Source: Hamiltosporidium tvaerminnensis FI-OER-3-3 (taxonomy: Eukaryota; Fungi; Microsporidia). From it: 64,000 bases of DNA. The first letter of the stretch is position 1, and each line of letters starts with the position of its first letter. Made by a program: the position numbers and the translations under genes. The stretch is taken from positions 868,001 through 932,000 of the forward strand of contig CM061251.1 in assembly GCA_022605425.2 (NCBI GenBank), written 5' to 3'. The notes under the pieces are model-generated. The model did no database searches and had not been told where the DNA came from. It saw only the letters and a list, made by a program, of their open reading frames with translations. Positions 1-12,519 of the stretch are shown in pieces.

Positions 1-660
1 AAGTAGGAAAATAAGGAAGTAGGAAAATAAGGAAGTAAAGAAATAAGGAAGTAGAAAAATAAGGAAGTAGAAAAATAAGGAAGTAGGAATATAAGGAAGT
101 AGAAAAATAAGGAAGTAGGAATATAAGGAAGTAGAAAAATAAGGAAGTAGGAAAATAAGGAAGTAGGAAAATAAGGAAGTAAAGAAATAAGGAAGTATAG
201 AAATAAGGAAGTAGGAAAATAAGGAAGTAAAGAAATAAGGAAGTAGGAAAATAAGGAAGTAGGAAAATAAGGAAGTATAGAAATAAGGAAGTAGAAAAAT
301 AAGGAAGTAGAAAAATAAGGAAGTAGGAATATAAGGAAGTAGAAAAATAAGGAAGTAGGAATATAAGGAAGTAGAAAAATAAGGAAGTAGGAAAATAAGG
401 AAGTAGGAAAATAAGGAAGTAAAGAAATAAGGAAGTATAGAAATAAGGAAGTAGGAAAATAAGGAAGTAAAGAAATAAGGAAGTAGGAAAATAAGGAAGT
501 AGGAAAATAAGGAAGTATAGAAATAAGGAAGTAGGAAAATAAGGAAGTAAAGAAATAAGGAAGTAGGAAAATAAGGAAGTAAAGAAATAAGGAAGTATAG
601 AAATAAGGAAGTAAGAATATAAGGAAGTAAGAATATAAGGAAGTAAAGGAATGTAAAGAA
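1..660 (+). repeat. 16-bp tandem satellite (consensus AAGTAGGAAAATAAGG), about 40 units, with 240-bp (15-mer) higher-order repeat
   Basis: The unit is read directly from 1-16 and 17-32. The 60-nt lines at 61, 121 and 181 are identical to those at 301, 361 and 421. The array degrades at about 610-670 and runs off the window start. Confidence 0.97.
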
Positions 661-734
661 TTAAGAAATAAATATAATTCGAATCTATAAATAATAGAAT
701 TTATAGAGTAAAGGTTGTCACAGTAAATTTATAA

Positions 735-885
735 TAAAAAAAATTTATTATTTTTTAAGATTTAATTTCTGTTTTAAATAAAAAATTAAATTTTCTATAA
801 ATTGAGAAAAAAAATTTATCAGTTTTTAAGATTTAATTTCTAAAAAAATTTTTAAATAAAAAATTAAATTTTCTATTAATTAAAC
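735..885. repeat. Imperfect AT-rich direct duplication of about 70 bp
   Basis: AAAAAAAATTTAT..TTTTTAAGATTTAATTTCT...TTTTAAATAAAAAATTAAATTTTCTAT occurs twice (about 737-800 and 807-877). Confidence 0.75.
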
Positions 886-1067
886 AAAAAAAAATATATT
901 TTTACGGTTCTATCCACGAACGCAATTTTTTTTTAAAAATTAAATAAGAAGAGTAAAATTTAGTAAAATAAGAAATAATATTGAAATACAAACCTGATGA
1001 TATATTTAAACCAAAGAAAATTTATGTACCCGCATGAAGTTATAAATTAGACTATAAAATATAAAAT

Positions 1068-1172
1068 TTTTATTTTTATTAGAAATTTTATTTTTATTAG
1101 AATTTTTTTTTATTAGAAAGTTTTTTTTATTAGAATTTCTATTTTTTTTTTTAGAATTTTTTTTATTGAATT
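1068..1172. repeat. Degenerate 13-18-bp tandem repeat (TTTTTATTAGAAA-like)
   Basis: About six consecutive TTTT(T)ATTAGAA variants. Confidence 0.7.
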
Positions 1173-1402
1173 TCTTTTTTTCTCAAAACTTCTATTTTTA
1201 CTACAATGTTTATAAAATTGTATTTTTATATAAACCGACACTCCTTTTAAAATTATCAAAATAATCTAATTAGAATTCTTTTTTCAGAAAAATAAAATTT
1301 GACACAAATTATTTTACTTTTGATATCTTAAAAATATAAAAAGAAATTGATTCGTTAGTTAAAAAGGATATAAGAATTTAAGAAGTGAAAAAGTAGAAGA
1401 AA

Positions 1403-1558
1403 ATGTCTGAAAATAATAATGCGACGATCGTAATTCTAATTATATGTTTGATATTACTGTTTATTGTAATAACACCTACTTCAGTGTATTATGTGTATCA
1501 CTCGAATCAAGAAGGTGGATCAGGTGGCGATAGTGGGGGTGGAGACAAAAAAGATTAG
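1403..1558 (+). CDS. Putative 51-aa single-pass membrane microprotein with Gly/Ser/Asp-rich tail
   Basis: Manual translation gives MSENNNATIVILIICLILLFIVITPTSVYYVYHSNQEGGSGGDSGGGDKKD*. It has one strongly hydrophobic segment and GC-rich Gly codons that are unusual for this background. AAAATG start context; AATAAA at 1588-1593. It is below the 60-aa ORF-track cutoff. Confidence 0.7.
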   Translation: MSENNNATIVILIICLILLFIVITPTSVYYVYHSNQEGGSGGDSGGGDKKD

Positions 1559-1659
1559 AAAACGAGATTGAAAGAGTTGTTTGAGTTAATAAATTGATAG
1601 TTTATATTTCGTTTACTATTTTACAATCAAGATTATATATTTATAAATTTATATAAAAA

Positions 1660-2163
1660 TCAAACATCTTCTATATTTGCTCCTAAAAAGTTTTCTATTT
1701 CCGATATTTCTTTAAATATAATACCCATATCTTCAAGACTAAACTCTTCGTTGTATGAATTTATAAAAACAATAAATCCATCTTTTTTTAATGAATTTAA
1801 ACATGTAACAATAATTCTTGAAATATCATTTTCGTAAAGAGAAATAAATTCAGATGCAGATTCTAAAATATTTATATCGATTTCAATCGGTATTTTATAT
1901 AATTTATAAATATAATAAAGAATATAAAGGTTTAAAGAAAATATAATAAAATCTTTTTTTATAATCGAATTAGATATTTCTTTTAGAAGTTCTTGATATA
2001 GAAAATAGAAAAATTTATCTTCGTTAGAACAATATCTATTTAATTCTGTAAAGTTGTAGTAAGATGGGATATCAAGTAAAAATTCAGCAACTGGATTTCT
2101 ATAAAAGTCATAAGCAATCGTTTGAAGATCGTAGTGAAAATCTTGGATAAAATCAAAATTCAT
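1660..2163 (-). CDS. Hypothetical protein, 167 aa, acidic and aromatic-rich, no recognised domain
   Basis: Longest intact non-transposon ORF in the window. It is preceded on the minus strand by AAAATTTCTAAGCCCCCCACCAAAAA-ATG. Confidence 0.8.
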   Translation of the reverse strand: MNFDFIQDFHYDLQTIAYDFYRNPVAEFLLDIPSYYNFTELNRYCSNEDKFFYFLYQELLKEISNSIIKKDFIIFSLNLYILYYIYKLYKIPIEIDINILESASEFISLYENDISRIIVTCLNSLKKDGFIVFINSYNEEFSLEDMGIIFKEISEIENFLGANIEDV

Positions 2164-2215
2164 TTTTTGGTGGGGGGCTTAGAAATTTTAATATTTGAGA
2201 GGGAAATTTACCCTC
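2164..2215 (-). promoter_or_regulatory. Microsporidia-type core promoter (AAATTT-like plus CCC motif just upstream of ATG)
   Basis: Minus strand reads GAGGGTAAATTTCCCTCTCAAATATTAAAATTTCTAAGCCCCCCACCAAAAA|ATG. CCC and AAATTT signals near start codons are established for microsporidian genes. Confidence 0.55.
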
Positions 2216-5200
2216 GTAAAAATATTTAAAATAAAATTTAATAAGCGGGAGGAGTTTTTCGTTTCGCAAAATATTTTTTTTAAATTAATTTAAAAATGAA
2301 AAGAAATTCTGTAAAAAGTTTTCAAACAAAATTTTAATGTTTTAAAAACAGAATTTAGAGTTGAGCTGACAATAAATAAATTCTGAGTAGTAATAAGAGA
2401 CTTTTTTATGTCGATTTTGAAGACAAAATAATAGAATTTGTAAGAATTTGGAATTCATGTAGCTTTTAGATTAAAAACATGTAATTAATGATAATAAATA
2501 AGAATATTTGAATAGAACTAACTTTCTAATTTTTCTAAAATAATAGATTTTCAATGTATTTCAGATTCAAGTGTGGGTTTTTTATACTTCTATTATGATG
2601 AGCTACTCAATATACAAGACGTGAGAAACATCACTCTTTCTAGCTACAAATGAATAGTAAGTGTAAGAACCAATAAAAGTAAAATTTTGATTTAATTATT
2701 TGCCAAATATAATTCAAAAACTTTTAGAAATTTGCTATTTGTTATTTTGAAAGTTGTAAAATAGTTTTGAAGACAATCCAATGATACCCCAGAGATTATT
2801 ATATACATCCGAATGTTTTAAAAATACAATTATTTCACATGAATGCTTAATAAACCAAGCTTTCAAGGCATAAGGAACCATGTGAATACAATCAAATTTG
2901 TTTAAGTTTTAAATATTTTTGTAAAATTTATATTATTCGTGACAAATTGCTAAAATATTAAATCAAATACTCTAATTTTGGTAAAAATTGTTTATAAATA
3001 TATTGCATTGGAACGAGAAAAATTTTAATATGAATTTTTAAAAAATCAGTAATTAAGTCTTTGTAAAATTACAATTTAATAGTTTTGGAGCATACAATAT
3101 TGTTCTAAACGTCGAATTTTTCATAGTTTTACTCTGTTAGAACCCCAGTTTTAAAATATAGTTTTGATTCGTTAAAAAATTAAACAAAAATTTACTGTTT
3201 TGAACAAACTGTTGGTGAATCCATATTAAATTAAACTTTTGAATTCATAAATTATAAAACAATATTTTTTTAAATATTTTTTATAAGTCATGGAAAACAT
3301 GTATAAAACTTAAAACTTCTCAAAGTATTTGATCAATTTACATGTATTTAATTACAAATTTAAAATCCTTGACTAAATTACATACATGAAATTATTTCAA
3401 TCAATTTTATTTTACAAAATAAAGATTTAATCAGTAAGATTTAAAAAACTGCCAAAAAGGGAAATATTAAAATAAGTTTCAAATGAAAATCTTAGGAACA
3501 AATTTACCTTATAAATTAGTAAAAAAAAATTTTTGCAAATTTAAAAAGAAATCATATCATTAAAAAAGTTTTTTTTATTACAATCATTCATTCCTTAATA
3601 AGAATAAATAATAAAGATGATTAAAACATGAAATTAAACAAAGATAAATTCCAATACATAAAGAAGCATATATGCTAAAAAAATGTAAGTTTGAAAATAA
3701 TATGTTACAAATTTGAAGTTAAATATTGAAATACTTCTAAATATTTTATAGTTAATTTGAAATTTGATTCGCTCTAATTCGGGATAAATTTATAAAGAGA
3801 TTTATTTTTAACATTATTTGAATATGTATTGTATAATGTAAAACTTAATTTACTGTAGGATATATAAAAATAAAAAAAAAATAATATTTTAATGAAACTG
3901 AAATGGAAGAAAGCATGGACGTTATTTATTGTTGCAATAATCATATCATCTACATACATTATTCCAATAATAAAACAAATTCGTAGAAGAAATCAAGAGA
4001 GGGAATTTTATATGTAAGGACACAGAATAAAAATATTTTATTCTAAAATTTAGAGGTGGAAACAACTAAAGGCATCATAGCGTACGTTCCTTTTTTTTTA
4101 TTAATTTTATCAATATTTTTAGCGTAAAAAAAAACTCCGACTCTTTTTTTTTCGGTTCTAAAGTAAAATTACCAAGAGAAATTATTTTTAAAAATAAAGC
4201 TTTATAAGCTTAAAAAGCCAATATCAGTATTAAAAGGAATCATCTTTTGATTAAATATATTATCTACATAAAGAAAACACTTATATGAATAAAATGCAGT
4301 TTTAAAAATTGCTGTAAGAATAAGAAGTATATGTCTTAGTGAAAAATTAAATTTTTTTCGCAAATATTGAGCAGTAAAACATCAAATATACAAACACAAT
4401 TTAGACATAAAATCGCACTAATAAATAACATTGTTAACAAATTTTATTTTTATATTTTTTTTTTCGTAAAATATATCTGCTTTGGTTGGGATACGTAACC
4501 CATACCATATATATCAATAGTTGACCAAAAAACAAAAGTAGAAAACATGCGAATTGATTTTAAAGTAACAATATTTTAATGGTAGAATTAAAAATACTTT
4601 TTTAAAAACATCTAAAGATTATAACAAAAAATATTCATAAAATAAATCATAAACATAAAACTTGTAGGTTTTCTTTTGTGTGAGAAAGAATTGTTTATTT
4701 ATATAACGAATTCAAACTTAATAAAATCATGGTGTTAACTGATATACTGGAACCTTCCAAATTTTTTATCATTATTTTCTGTACATTTATACAATTAAAA
4801 ATTTTATTCAAATCTTCAATAAAGGTTTTCATGATTCGTTTAGGCCTAAATTCCATTTGCTTAATGATATGAATAGCTGATAAATTTGACCGAAGTAAGT
4901 CAGTATTCTATAATACACCTATTGGCTTGGACATATACATTTCAACCATAGAAACATAAGCGCCAATAATAAACCGCACTAAATTACAAATAAGCCATAT
5001 AACATCGTGATTCGTACTCATCGCAAAGAATAGATCATAAACAATTTTAATAAAATCTCTTATTTCGCACTATATGTATGCTATTTGTTTTAGGACAAAA
5101 TTAGTAGATTAAAATACCCCAATATTTTTATATAAGAATATTCGAGGTTTATATTTTTTTTCCCAATATTGTGTATTTTTTTTCTTTTATAAGTATCATG

Positions 5201-6719
5201 TTCAAAATTTAGGCCTAAACATTTTAAAGTGCACCATTGAATGATTTGAATAACATTCGTAGAAATCATACGAGATTTCTGTTTTTGCAAATATATTTTG
5301 TTTTCATTTAAAATACAATCAAAAATTAATTGAAAGAACCATTAATTTATAGTAATATGACCAAACAAAGTGTAATATTACAAATCATGGTTTCTGAAAA
5401 GTAACATTTTCGCTAAAATCTCACAATTTAGCCTCAAAAAATATTTTAACGTGAGAATCAGAGTTTTAAAAAATTTACATAGAATTGGCGTCATTTATTA
5501 AAAAATACAAAAAAAAATGTAAAGCAAAAAATGTTATAAAAATACCCTAACCTATCTTTTTACTCCACAATAAAATTTTAAATAGCACAAACTTTTTATT
5601 TAATTTAAAAATTTCAATAAATTTAACTTAAGAATAGTAAAACGCACTACTTCTGGATCTTAAACTTTTTACTTGAAAAAGCCAGCCGTAAACTTATCTT
5701 CTCACAAGTAATGTAACAAGACTGCTACTAGATTTAAGTCTAATAGTCCTTTATATATATTTAGTTTATTAGTTATATATTTCTACACGTCAGAGTCCAA
5801 TAGGAAAATATTTTTTTAAATATTAAATCAATAAAACCCCTCGTCTCATAGTAACCCCCAATATTGCCATACTTTGCAACAATTATTAACTGATCAAACA
5901 CAAGTCGATCATAATCGCTTTTACTTTAAATGCGGCGGTATTTTTCGTTTATGCTCCCCACCCAAGTTTAAGTTATTTCATTAAATGCTTGCGCTTCTAA
6001 AAAACACAGCTAAACGTTATCGTTTGTTTGAAAACTGTATATAAAACTCAATAAAAATGGTAATATAAAGAGGAAATATTCCTTTCTATTACAAGAACTT
6101 ATAAGTTCTAGTTTTGGAACCAAAATTCCTCTTGATTGGGTCTCAAATATAAATTTTAACTTGTTCATCAGTTATAAATATTAAAATTTAATATCTGATT
6201 CTGCGTTTCTATTCTATTACAAAAGATTTTAACGAATTCATTTATATACTAAAAGCAAAATCAATATATTGCCTGAGTAGCAACATAAATAATCAGGTCA
6301 AGATTATGTAGAACAAATTTTATTTGGATAAACAACACATTCCGTTTCAATATCTTTCCAGATACTTTATCTCCAATTAAACTCTTTCTTTCTTTAAAAT
6401 ATGTTTTTCATCATACATTTTTCACCGATTAAATATAAAATAATGACTTTTGAATCTAATTAGCCATTTTTTTCGAAACACGTAATTTGATTGGCTTTAA
6501 AATCTAAGGATTCTGATTAACTGAGCAAATTTTTTTTGTAGATGAGATAAAAATTAGATTTATCATATGTGACAAACATCGTTAATTATGATAATTCTTA
6601 AAGAATATTAATTAAAGAAAATATATGAAAACTGTAAAATTACTTATTTTGTTGTGTCAAGACTATTCTTTTTATATTTGGTTAAGTATTTAACATTTCA
6701 GTGCTTCATGTGTTTATTT

Positions 6720-8190
6720 AAATTGCGATATGCGTCCCCTATTAAGGCTCCCTGCTGTTACAGTAATAGTTATCTTACTGAAGTCAATGAGGCAATAGAT
6801 TGACACTTTATATGGGGTTATCGGTGGTCTTATTCTAAAAAATGTACTATCACATTTATATCCCCTCTTTTTTTCGCTTTAGCTAATTATATCTAGCAGC
6901 GTTGTTAATTTATTGTGTTCTATATTTCTGAAATCATGATTTTTTAATAAAGTCTTAGCCTCAAAAATTTCAGAATTTATTTTTAATATTTTTATGTATT
7001 TCTTTCATGAATTTAAAAACTTTTGTAATTCGTAGTAAGAATTTTTTTTTCAACAATGAAACTTCTGAAATATTATTCTTTGGGTCAATCTGAAAATTAA
7101 TCTTTGAGTTCTTTGATGTATGCGTTCGATAGGAAATAGTGCATAAATGATTTTGGTTGGTGTCTTGAAGTACAATTGGTACAGATATTTGATAATGGAT
7201 TTCTGAATGATATCAGCTGCTTGTACGAATGTTCTGTTTACGCCGAGAAGATATAGTGGGTAGTCGAGGTGTGGTCGAACGTATGTACAATACGCTCTTA
7301 AGATGAATCTGTAGATGTTTGTATTTTGTTTGAATCTTTCTCTTCTCATTATATTTCTTAAGACTGCTGCTGCTTGAGTCGCCTTTCTTCTTGCATTCTT
7401 AAGGCTCTGGTTTGTGTCAGCACATCTCAAGTTAAAGTAATATCCCAGATATTTTAATGGTGCTTGTTTTTGAATGATTTCACCATTTACCCTTACTTTG
7501 TATTAGTGCTTGCATTGTAGAAGCATTTTCTTTGATTCAAGTGTAGTTGTTGTCTTTTGCGTGGTTTTCAATAGAGTTTATCATGTCAGTGAGTTGAGAT
7601 ACGGTGGAAGCAAAGATGATGATATCATCTGCGTACAACAAAATGCCTTTTCTTAAGTTTCTCAGAATGTATGAGAAGATATCGTCTATGAAAACGTTGA
7701 AGGGGCTTGGTGATATGATACTTCCCTGAGGAAGACCTACTACAGCAGCCTTAAAAAGTTCCGTTGTAGCTTTTTTAATTGTGTATTGATTGTTTTCAAC
7801 CAAAGATGCTATAAGTTGAGTGTCTAGTAAGGAGAGTTTTTGAAATTTTAGAAGTTTTTCATATAGTTTGTTCCTATCCACAGTGTCATAGGCCTTTTTT
7901 ATATCTAGAGTGACACAGATCATCCCTCCATTGCTTGTTCTTAACAAGTTAACTAGAAACAGTGCATGGTTTAATGTACTGTGCTTTTCTTGGAAACCTG
8001 CTAGTTGTTTTCTGATTTTAAAAGAAATTTTTGAAAGAATAATTTTCTCCAATAATTTGCGTGTCTTCTCAATTAAGGAGATTGGTCTATAATCACCCTC
8101 TCCTTTTGGTATTGGAGTTATGCAGTGTCGTTTCCAGGATGTAGGGATTTCGTGTGTCATGATGATTTGGTTGAAGAGAGTCAGGGTTAG
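6720..8190 (-). mobile_element. LINE copy A: 5'-truncated non-LTR retrotransposon (RT and C-terminal region), least decayed copy
   Basis: ORFs 7537-8160 and 7050-7430 contain WK..ITPIPK, YRPISL, LDIKKAYD, GLPQGSIISP, YADD, YVRPHLDY and LFPIE. Frameshifted. 3' stem-loop at 6725-6756. Confidence 0.95.
7537..8160 (-). pseudogene. Non-LTR reverse transcriptase fragment
   Basis: YRPISL, QLAGF, LDIKKAYD, GLPQGS and YADD motifs. No APE domain upstream and a frameshift downstream. Confidence 0.93.
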
Positions 8191-11100
8191 AAAGGGATTT
8201 TTTTAAATAATCTGGAATTTTTTAAATTAATGAAAAAAAATTAAATTTAAAAAATAAAACAATTCACAATGAGTGGATAACACACCACCTGAAATGTAAA
8301 ATATTATACTACTACTCCTAATGGCTGTTAAATTATTTTTATCTAAGATATGTAGATTATTCATTTTTGAAAAAATGATCTAAATTTCAAATTAAATTAA
8401 AATAAAATAAAACATACCTCTTTGATTGTAATGAAATCCCCCCTCATAATATATATACAAAACAACTCCTAAAGAAATGTTATCACCTCACAACCCACAT
8501 TTATCAAGATTATTCAAATTTGTCAATAAAGTCCCGGTAGCGCTCTCTACCCTAAAGTTACTTTAAACGTTATAGCTAATAGTGCCACAAATTGCTTTAT
8601 GTGTAAATAGGACTAGGATCAGCGGCTTGAATCAAATTTAAGATTTCTGAAATATCATCACGTTCCTGTATAGGATTTATGATTTCTTGAATAACTAAAA
8701 AATCATGTTTTGTTAAATTTTTAAAGTTGAAATTTTCGAGTTGTTGAATTTTCAAAAAATATTAAGAAATTAATCCTCAGGTTTTCTTATTTAAATTTTT
8801 AACTACTTTCTTAAAATCTTCATTTATAATCATCTTTTGGTTTTTCTAACTATATTTTTAATTTTCTTTAAGTTTGTATTGTCATTTTTATAGAGATGTT
8901 GTAGAATTGTTTTTTTTACCTTATTTAAATTTAGTACCGTTCGAATATCTAAGTCTGATCGCTTTTTTTTCTCATAGATTTGATTGAGTAAATAGCACAG
9001 ATAATTTTTGTTGGAGTTCTATAATGTATTTTGAATAAGAATTTTAAAACGCCTTTCTGATTTCTGTCAGAAGACTGTATGACATTTTATTTCATCCCTA
9101 TAATGCCAAAGGATAGTCAATATGTAAGCGTATGTATGATATGTATGCTCTAAGTTTGCATTGAAAGATGTTTTCTGAATTTAAGGTTTTGCTAGTTTGA
9201 ATAGCTTTATTTGTAGTGTAGAAAGCTCTAATACAATTTTCTTTTACTCTTGTGAGGGATTTATTAGTATCTGCGACCGGTTATTGTACAGAACCCTAAT
9301 ATTTCAAAAGATTTTTTTTTTAATTTCGTATTATAGCTTTGCTATCAATATCTTTGCTTGCAATATAAAAGAATTTTAATGGGTTAAATCCATAGTTGTC
9401 GTTTCTGCATTTTTTTCCAAAAATTTTATTATGGTATGTTTTGATCAATTCTTTCTGAAAAAATCATAATATCGTCGCCATATAGAATTATCTGGTTTCT
9501 TAAAGTTTTTGGGATGTAATTAATAAAATAATTAATGAATACGTTAAAGAGTAAAGGAGAAATTATGCTGCCATGTGGAGATCCAAGGGCAGCTTTTTTG
9601 TATAACGTATATCATTAGATCCATAAATCGTTTATTCATTGTTCTCAATTAAGTTAGCTATTAATGTTATATCACTTAATGAAATTCTTTGATGATCTAG
9701 CAGTTTTTTTATACATTTTTTTGCAGTAAACACTATCATAAGTTTCGTTTATGTCAATTTAACACATATCATGCATTCACTATTGTGTTTCAGTTATATA
9801 TCAATCGTCAGAACATGGTTTAGAGTAGAGTGGCTGGGTTTGAATCCGGTTTTTCGCCTATGAATTGTAAATTTGAGTTGAGTAAAAAAAAGTTTTTTAA
9901 AAAGTTTACGCGTTTTTTGTATGTACGATATTGGTCTGAAGTCATTGTTATCGTTATAATTGTTGAGAATTATGTTTTTTTCAACATTCAGGTATCTGTT
10001 GTTCTGTTATAATTTTTTTAAAAAAGTTGTGTGTGTTTATATATGAAATTCTCTGGGCAGTTTTTCAAGAATTCATTGCGAATCCCTGATCTTCCACCTG
10101 ATTTACCTGATTTTAGAGTTGATATCATATATTTGACTTCATTAAGCTCAAAAAGGTTAATTGTATTAGATTCATTAAAGTTCTTTGAATGTTTGTATTT
10201 TTCGTAATATATTTTGATTTTGTCAATTACATTATCAGTAAGTATTACTTCTTTATCTAAAATATATTTATCAATCAATTCTTTAAAGTTTTAATTAGTT
10301 TTTGGAATATTATTTCAATAAACTTAATTTTTTTTGTGTCTCGGAAATGCTTAACCCGACGTATTTTGTGCGAGAGGCTGGTACATCAGATATGCTAAAT
10401 CGTTTACGAAAGAATTTTATTTCTTTTTGCAGTGTTTCGTAAAGTTCTGTATTGGTATTTCTAGCTTCTTCACGCATTAATCGGACTCTTTGTATTATTG
10501 GGCTTATTCTTTGTGCCTTTCTAGTACGTGTTTTAATGTATAAGAATGATTGATCTATAATATAGTGTAGCATGTTGCAGCTGTCATTTACGTTTAATTT
10601 ATCTAATAGAGGTTTTGCTTTAAAAGTTTTTCTTTCAATTCTCTTTGAGATATTATCTGCTATGATTGTATCCTTTAGTAAGTTAATTTTATATTTTGGT
10701 CGTTTTATATCTTCTATTATTGGTAATGTTAAAAGAAGTATTTTATGGTTAATGTTAGCGATATATTCGGTATCTATTTGTATCTGACAATTTGAGAAAA
10801 TTTTTTCTGGAGTTGATGTTTTCTCATTATGTAATATGTGATTGTTTCTATTTCATTTTCATAAAGACCATACTCAATATGGCTATTTAAGATGTCTTGC
10901 TCTAGTGCAGGCTTTTGCTCTAGGTTATAGTCTCCTAATACTATTATCTTATTATTAGTATGAGTACCAAGACCTGGTAGTAAAACGTTAGGTATTTTAG
11001 AAAAGTGATTTCTATTAATAAAAATAAAAACATACTTATCAATCTTTATTGTAAGTTCCATCTCCGTAACTCCATTTATTAATTTTACTTTAAAACCGTT

Positions 11101-12500
11101 TTTACCTATTATCATCATACCTTCTTTGTTAGAGGGTCTATTTGTTACAGGGATAGAGGGTTTCATGTGTATAACGTGGTAATCTTTGTGAAGGTAGGTA
11201 ACACTATCCTTCCAAGTTTCAGCAATACCAATTATATCTAGGTTTTCTTTCTGAAGTATTTCATTAATTCTATTTATCTTTAAGCCGGACAATCCTCCTA
11301 CATTTAGGAATCCTATTTTTTTAATCATGGTGAGTATGTGTACTCTTGGGTCCTGAGTGTAAGTCGTTACTAATTTCGGTGGCCGCGATATTAGCACTTC
11401 TTAAACACTCAAGCAGTTTGGACCTCTTAGTTGTTGTAAGTTCAACTGCAAATTTTAAAAGTTTTTTATTAGTATTACTTTTTCTTTCAATTATTTTCTT
11501 TAGTCTTTCAAATAATTTTTCCGTATCAATTTTTCCATTATCCTGTATTTCCGGCGATTTTTCAACGTAAGTTGCCGGCAGTTTAGAGATTGTTTCAATT
11601 AGAATATCCTTTCTGTCTTCCCGACAAATGATTTCCATAGTATCATCATTAAGTAAATCCATGTTATTATATATCTACTCATTGATTCTGAAATAGAATC
11701 TATTGCCATCTTATAAAATTTGATTTTAAAATTTTCTTTATTGAAGTAAATGAAAATGTATTTCGATTCTGAGAAAGTTGTATTGCTAGATAAGATTAAA
11801 CTGATATGTTGATTTGAAAGTTTTTGGGATGTATCATACGTTATAATTTTATATCGCTTTTATGTTAAATTTCTTTCTTTTAGAAATAGAGTTATAGTAT
11901 TCAAAGAATCTGTCGTTTACGTTCATACATTACCATTAATTTTGTTTGTATTTCTTTTTTGCAATGTTTTTTTCTTTTCAGCTTTAATTTTTTTATAATC
12001 AAGGAGGTTCTTATCGTAAATAATATCTTTATGGATTAAAGATTTCTTTTTATCAAGATAATTATTCCGATTAAATTGTCGTAAAAGTTTATTGATATCA
12101 ACTTGTAATTGCTTTGCTGTATTTTGCTGGAAATAATTATAAGATTAGGTTTGTTGTAGAAGAAGGTATAAGCAAATCTTGTTCATTTCGATTTTATATA
12201 TCCGTTTTTGAATTATCTTGTTTAGCATTAGTAGTATTACAGTTTGGACATCTTATTGGTCTTTCGATTTTTATTCTTGGGTGTATACTTAAGTTGTTAT
12301 TGGTTTGTGAGTGTTTTTGTACTCTTGTTTCGGTTCATGTTCTGAAGAATATTGGTCAAGGTCTGAAAAAGAAAAGATAGTATCCATGGTTAGTTTTCTT
12401 AGGTTTATTATGCGTTATTATTGAGTTATTGTATTTTCGCTTTTTTTTGTTCTTATCAAAAGTATCCTTGGGGACAAAACTAAAATTCTATGTAAGATTT
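8191..12500 (-). mobile_element. LINE copy B: near full-length, decayed (ORF1 remnant, APE endonuclease, RT, 3' UTR)
   Basis: APE motifs KIGFLNVGG, IGIAETW and VLGDYN (10774-11397). Linker KSGKSGGRSGIRNEFLK (10018-10278). Decayed GSPHGSIISP (about 9555-9585) and YGDD (about 9472-9483). ORF1 C-terminus at 11321-11662. 3' stem-loop at 8522-8551. Confidence 0.92.
10774..11397 (-). pseudogene. APE (apurinic-like) endonuclease domain of LINE ORF2
   Basis: GFLNVGG, GIAETW and LGDYN are canonical exonuclease-endonuclease-phosphatase motifs of APE-type LINEs. Confidence 0.9.
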
Positions 12501-12519
12501 CCGAACTTTTCATTTATTG

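Noticed and set aside
1-660. Satellite as the terminal telomere of a left chromosome end
   Set aside because: The + strand is G-rich, whereas a left end would show the C-rich strand on +. The 240-bp higher-order structure also fits a recombination-amplified satellite better.
1-660. CRISPR array
   Set aside because: Repeats are contiguous with no unique spacers, there are no cas genes, and the context is eukaryotic.
4838-5220. 15-bp inverted pair GTTTAGGCCTAAATT / AATTTAGGCCTAAAC about 370 bp apart
   Set aside because: The core is itself a palindrome, the arms do not extend and there is no target-site duplication, so it is insufficient for a transposon call.
7910-12380. Plus-strand ORFs 7910-8092, 9197-9379, 9830-10012, 10572-10787, 11346-11570 and 12114-12380
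   Set aside because: Antisense shadows of minus-strand LINE coding sequence.
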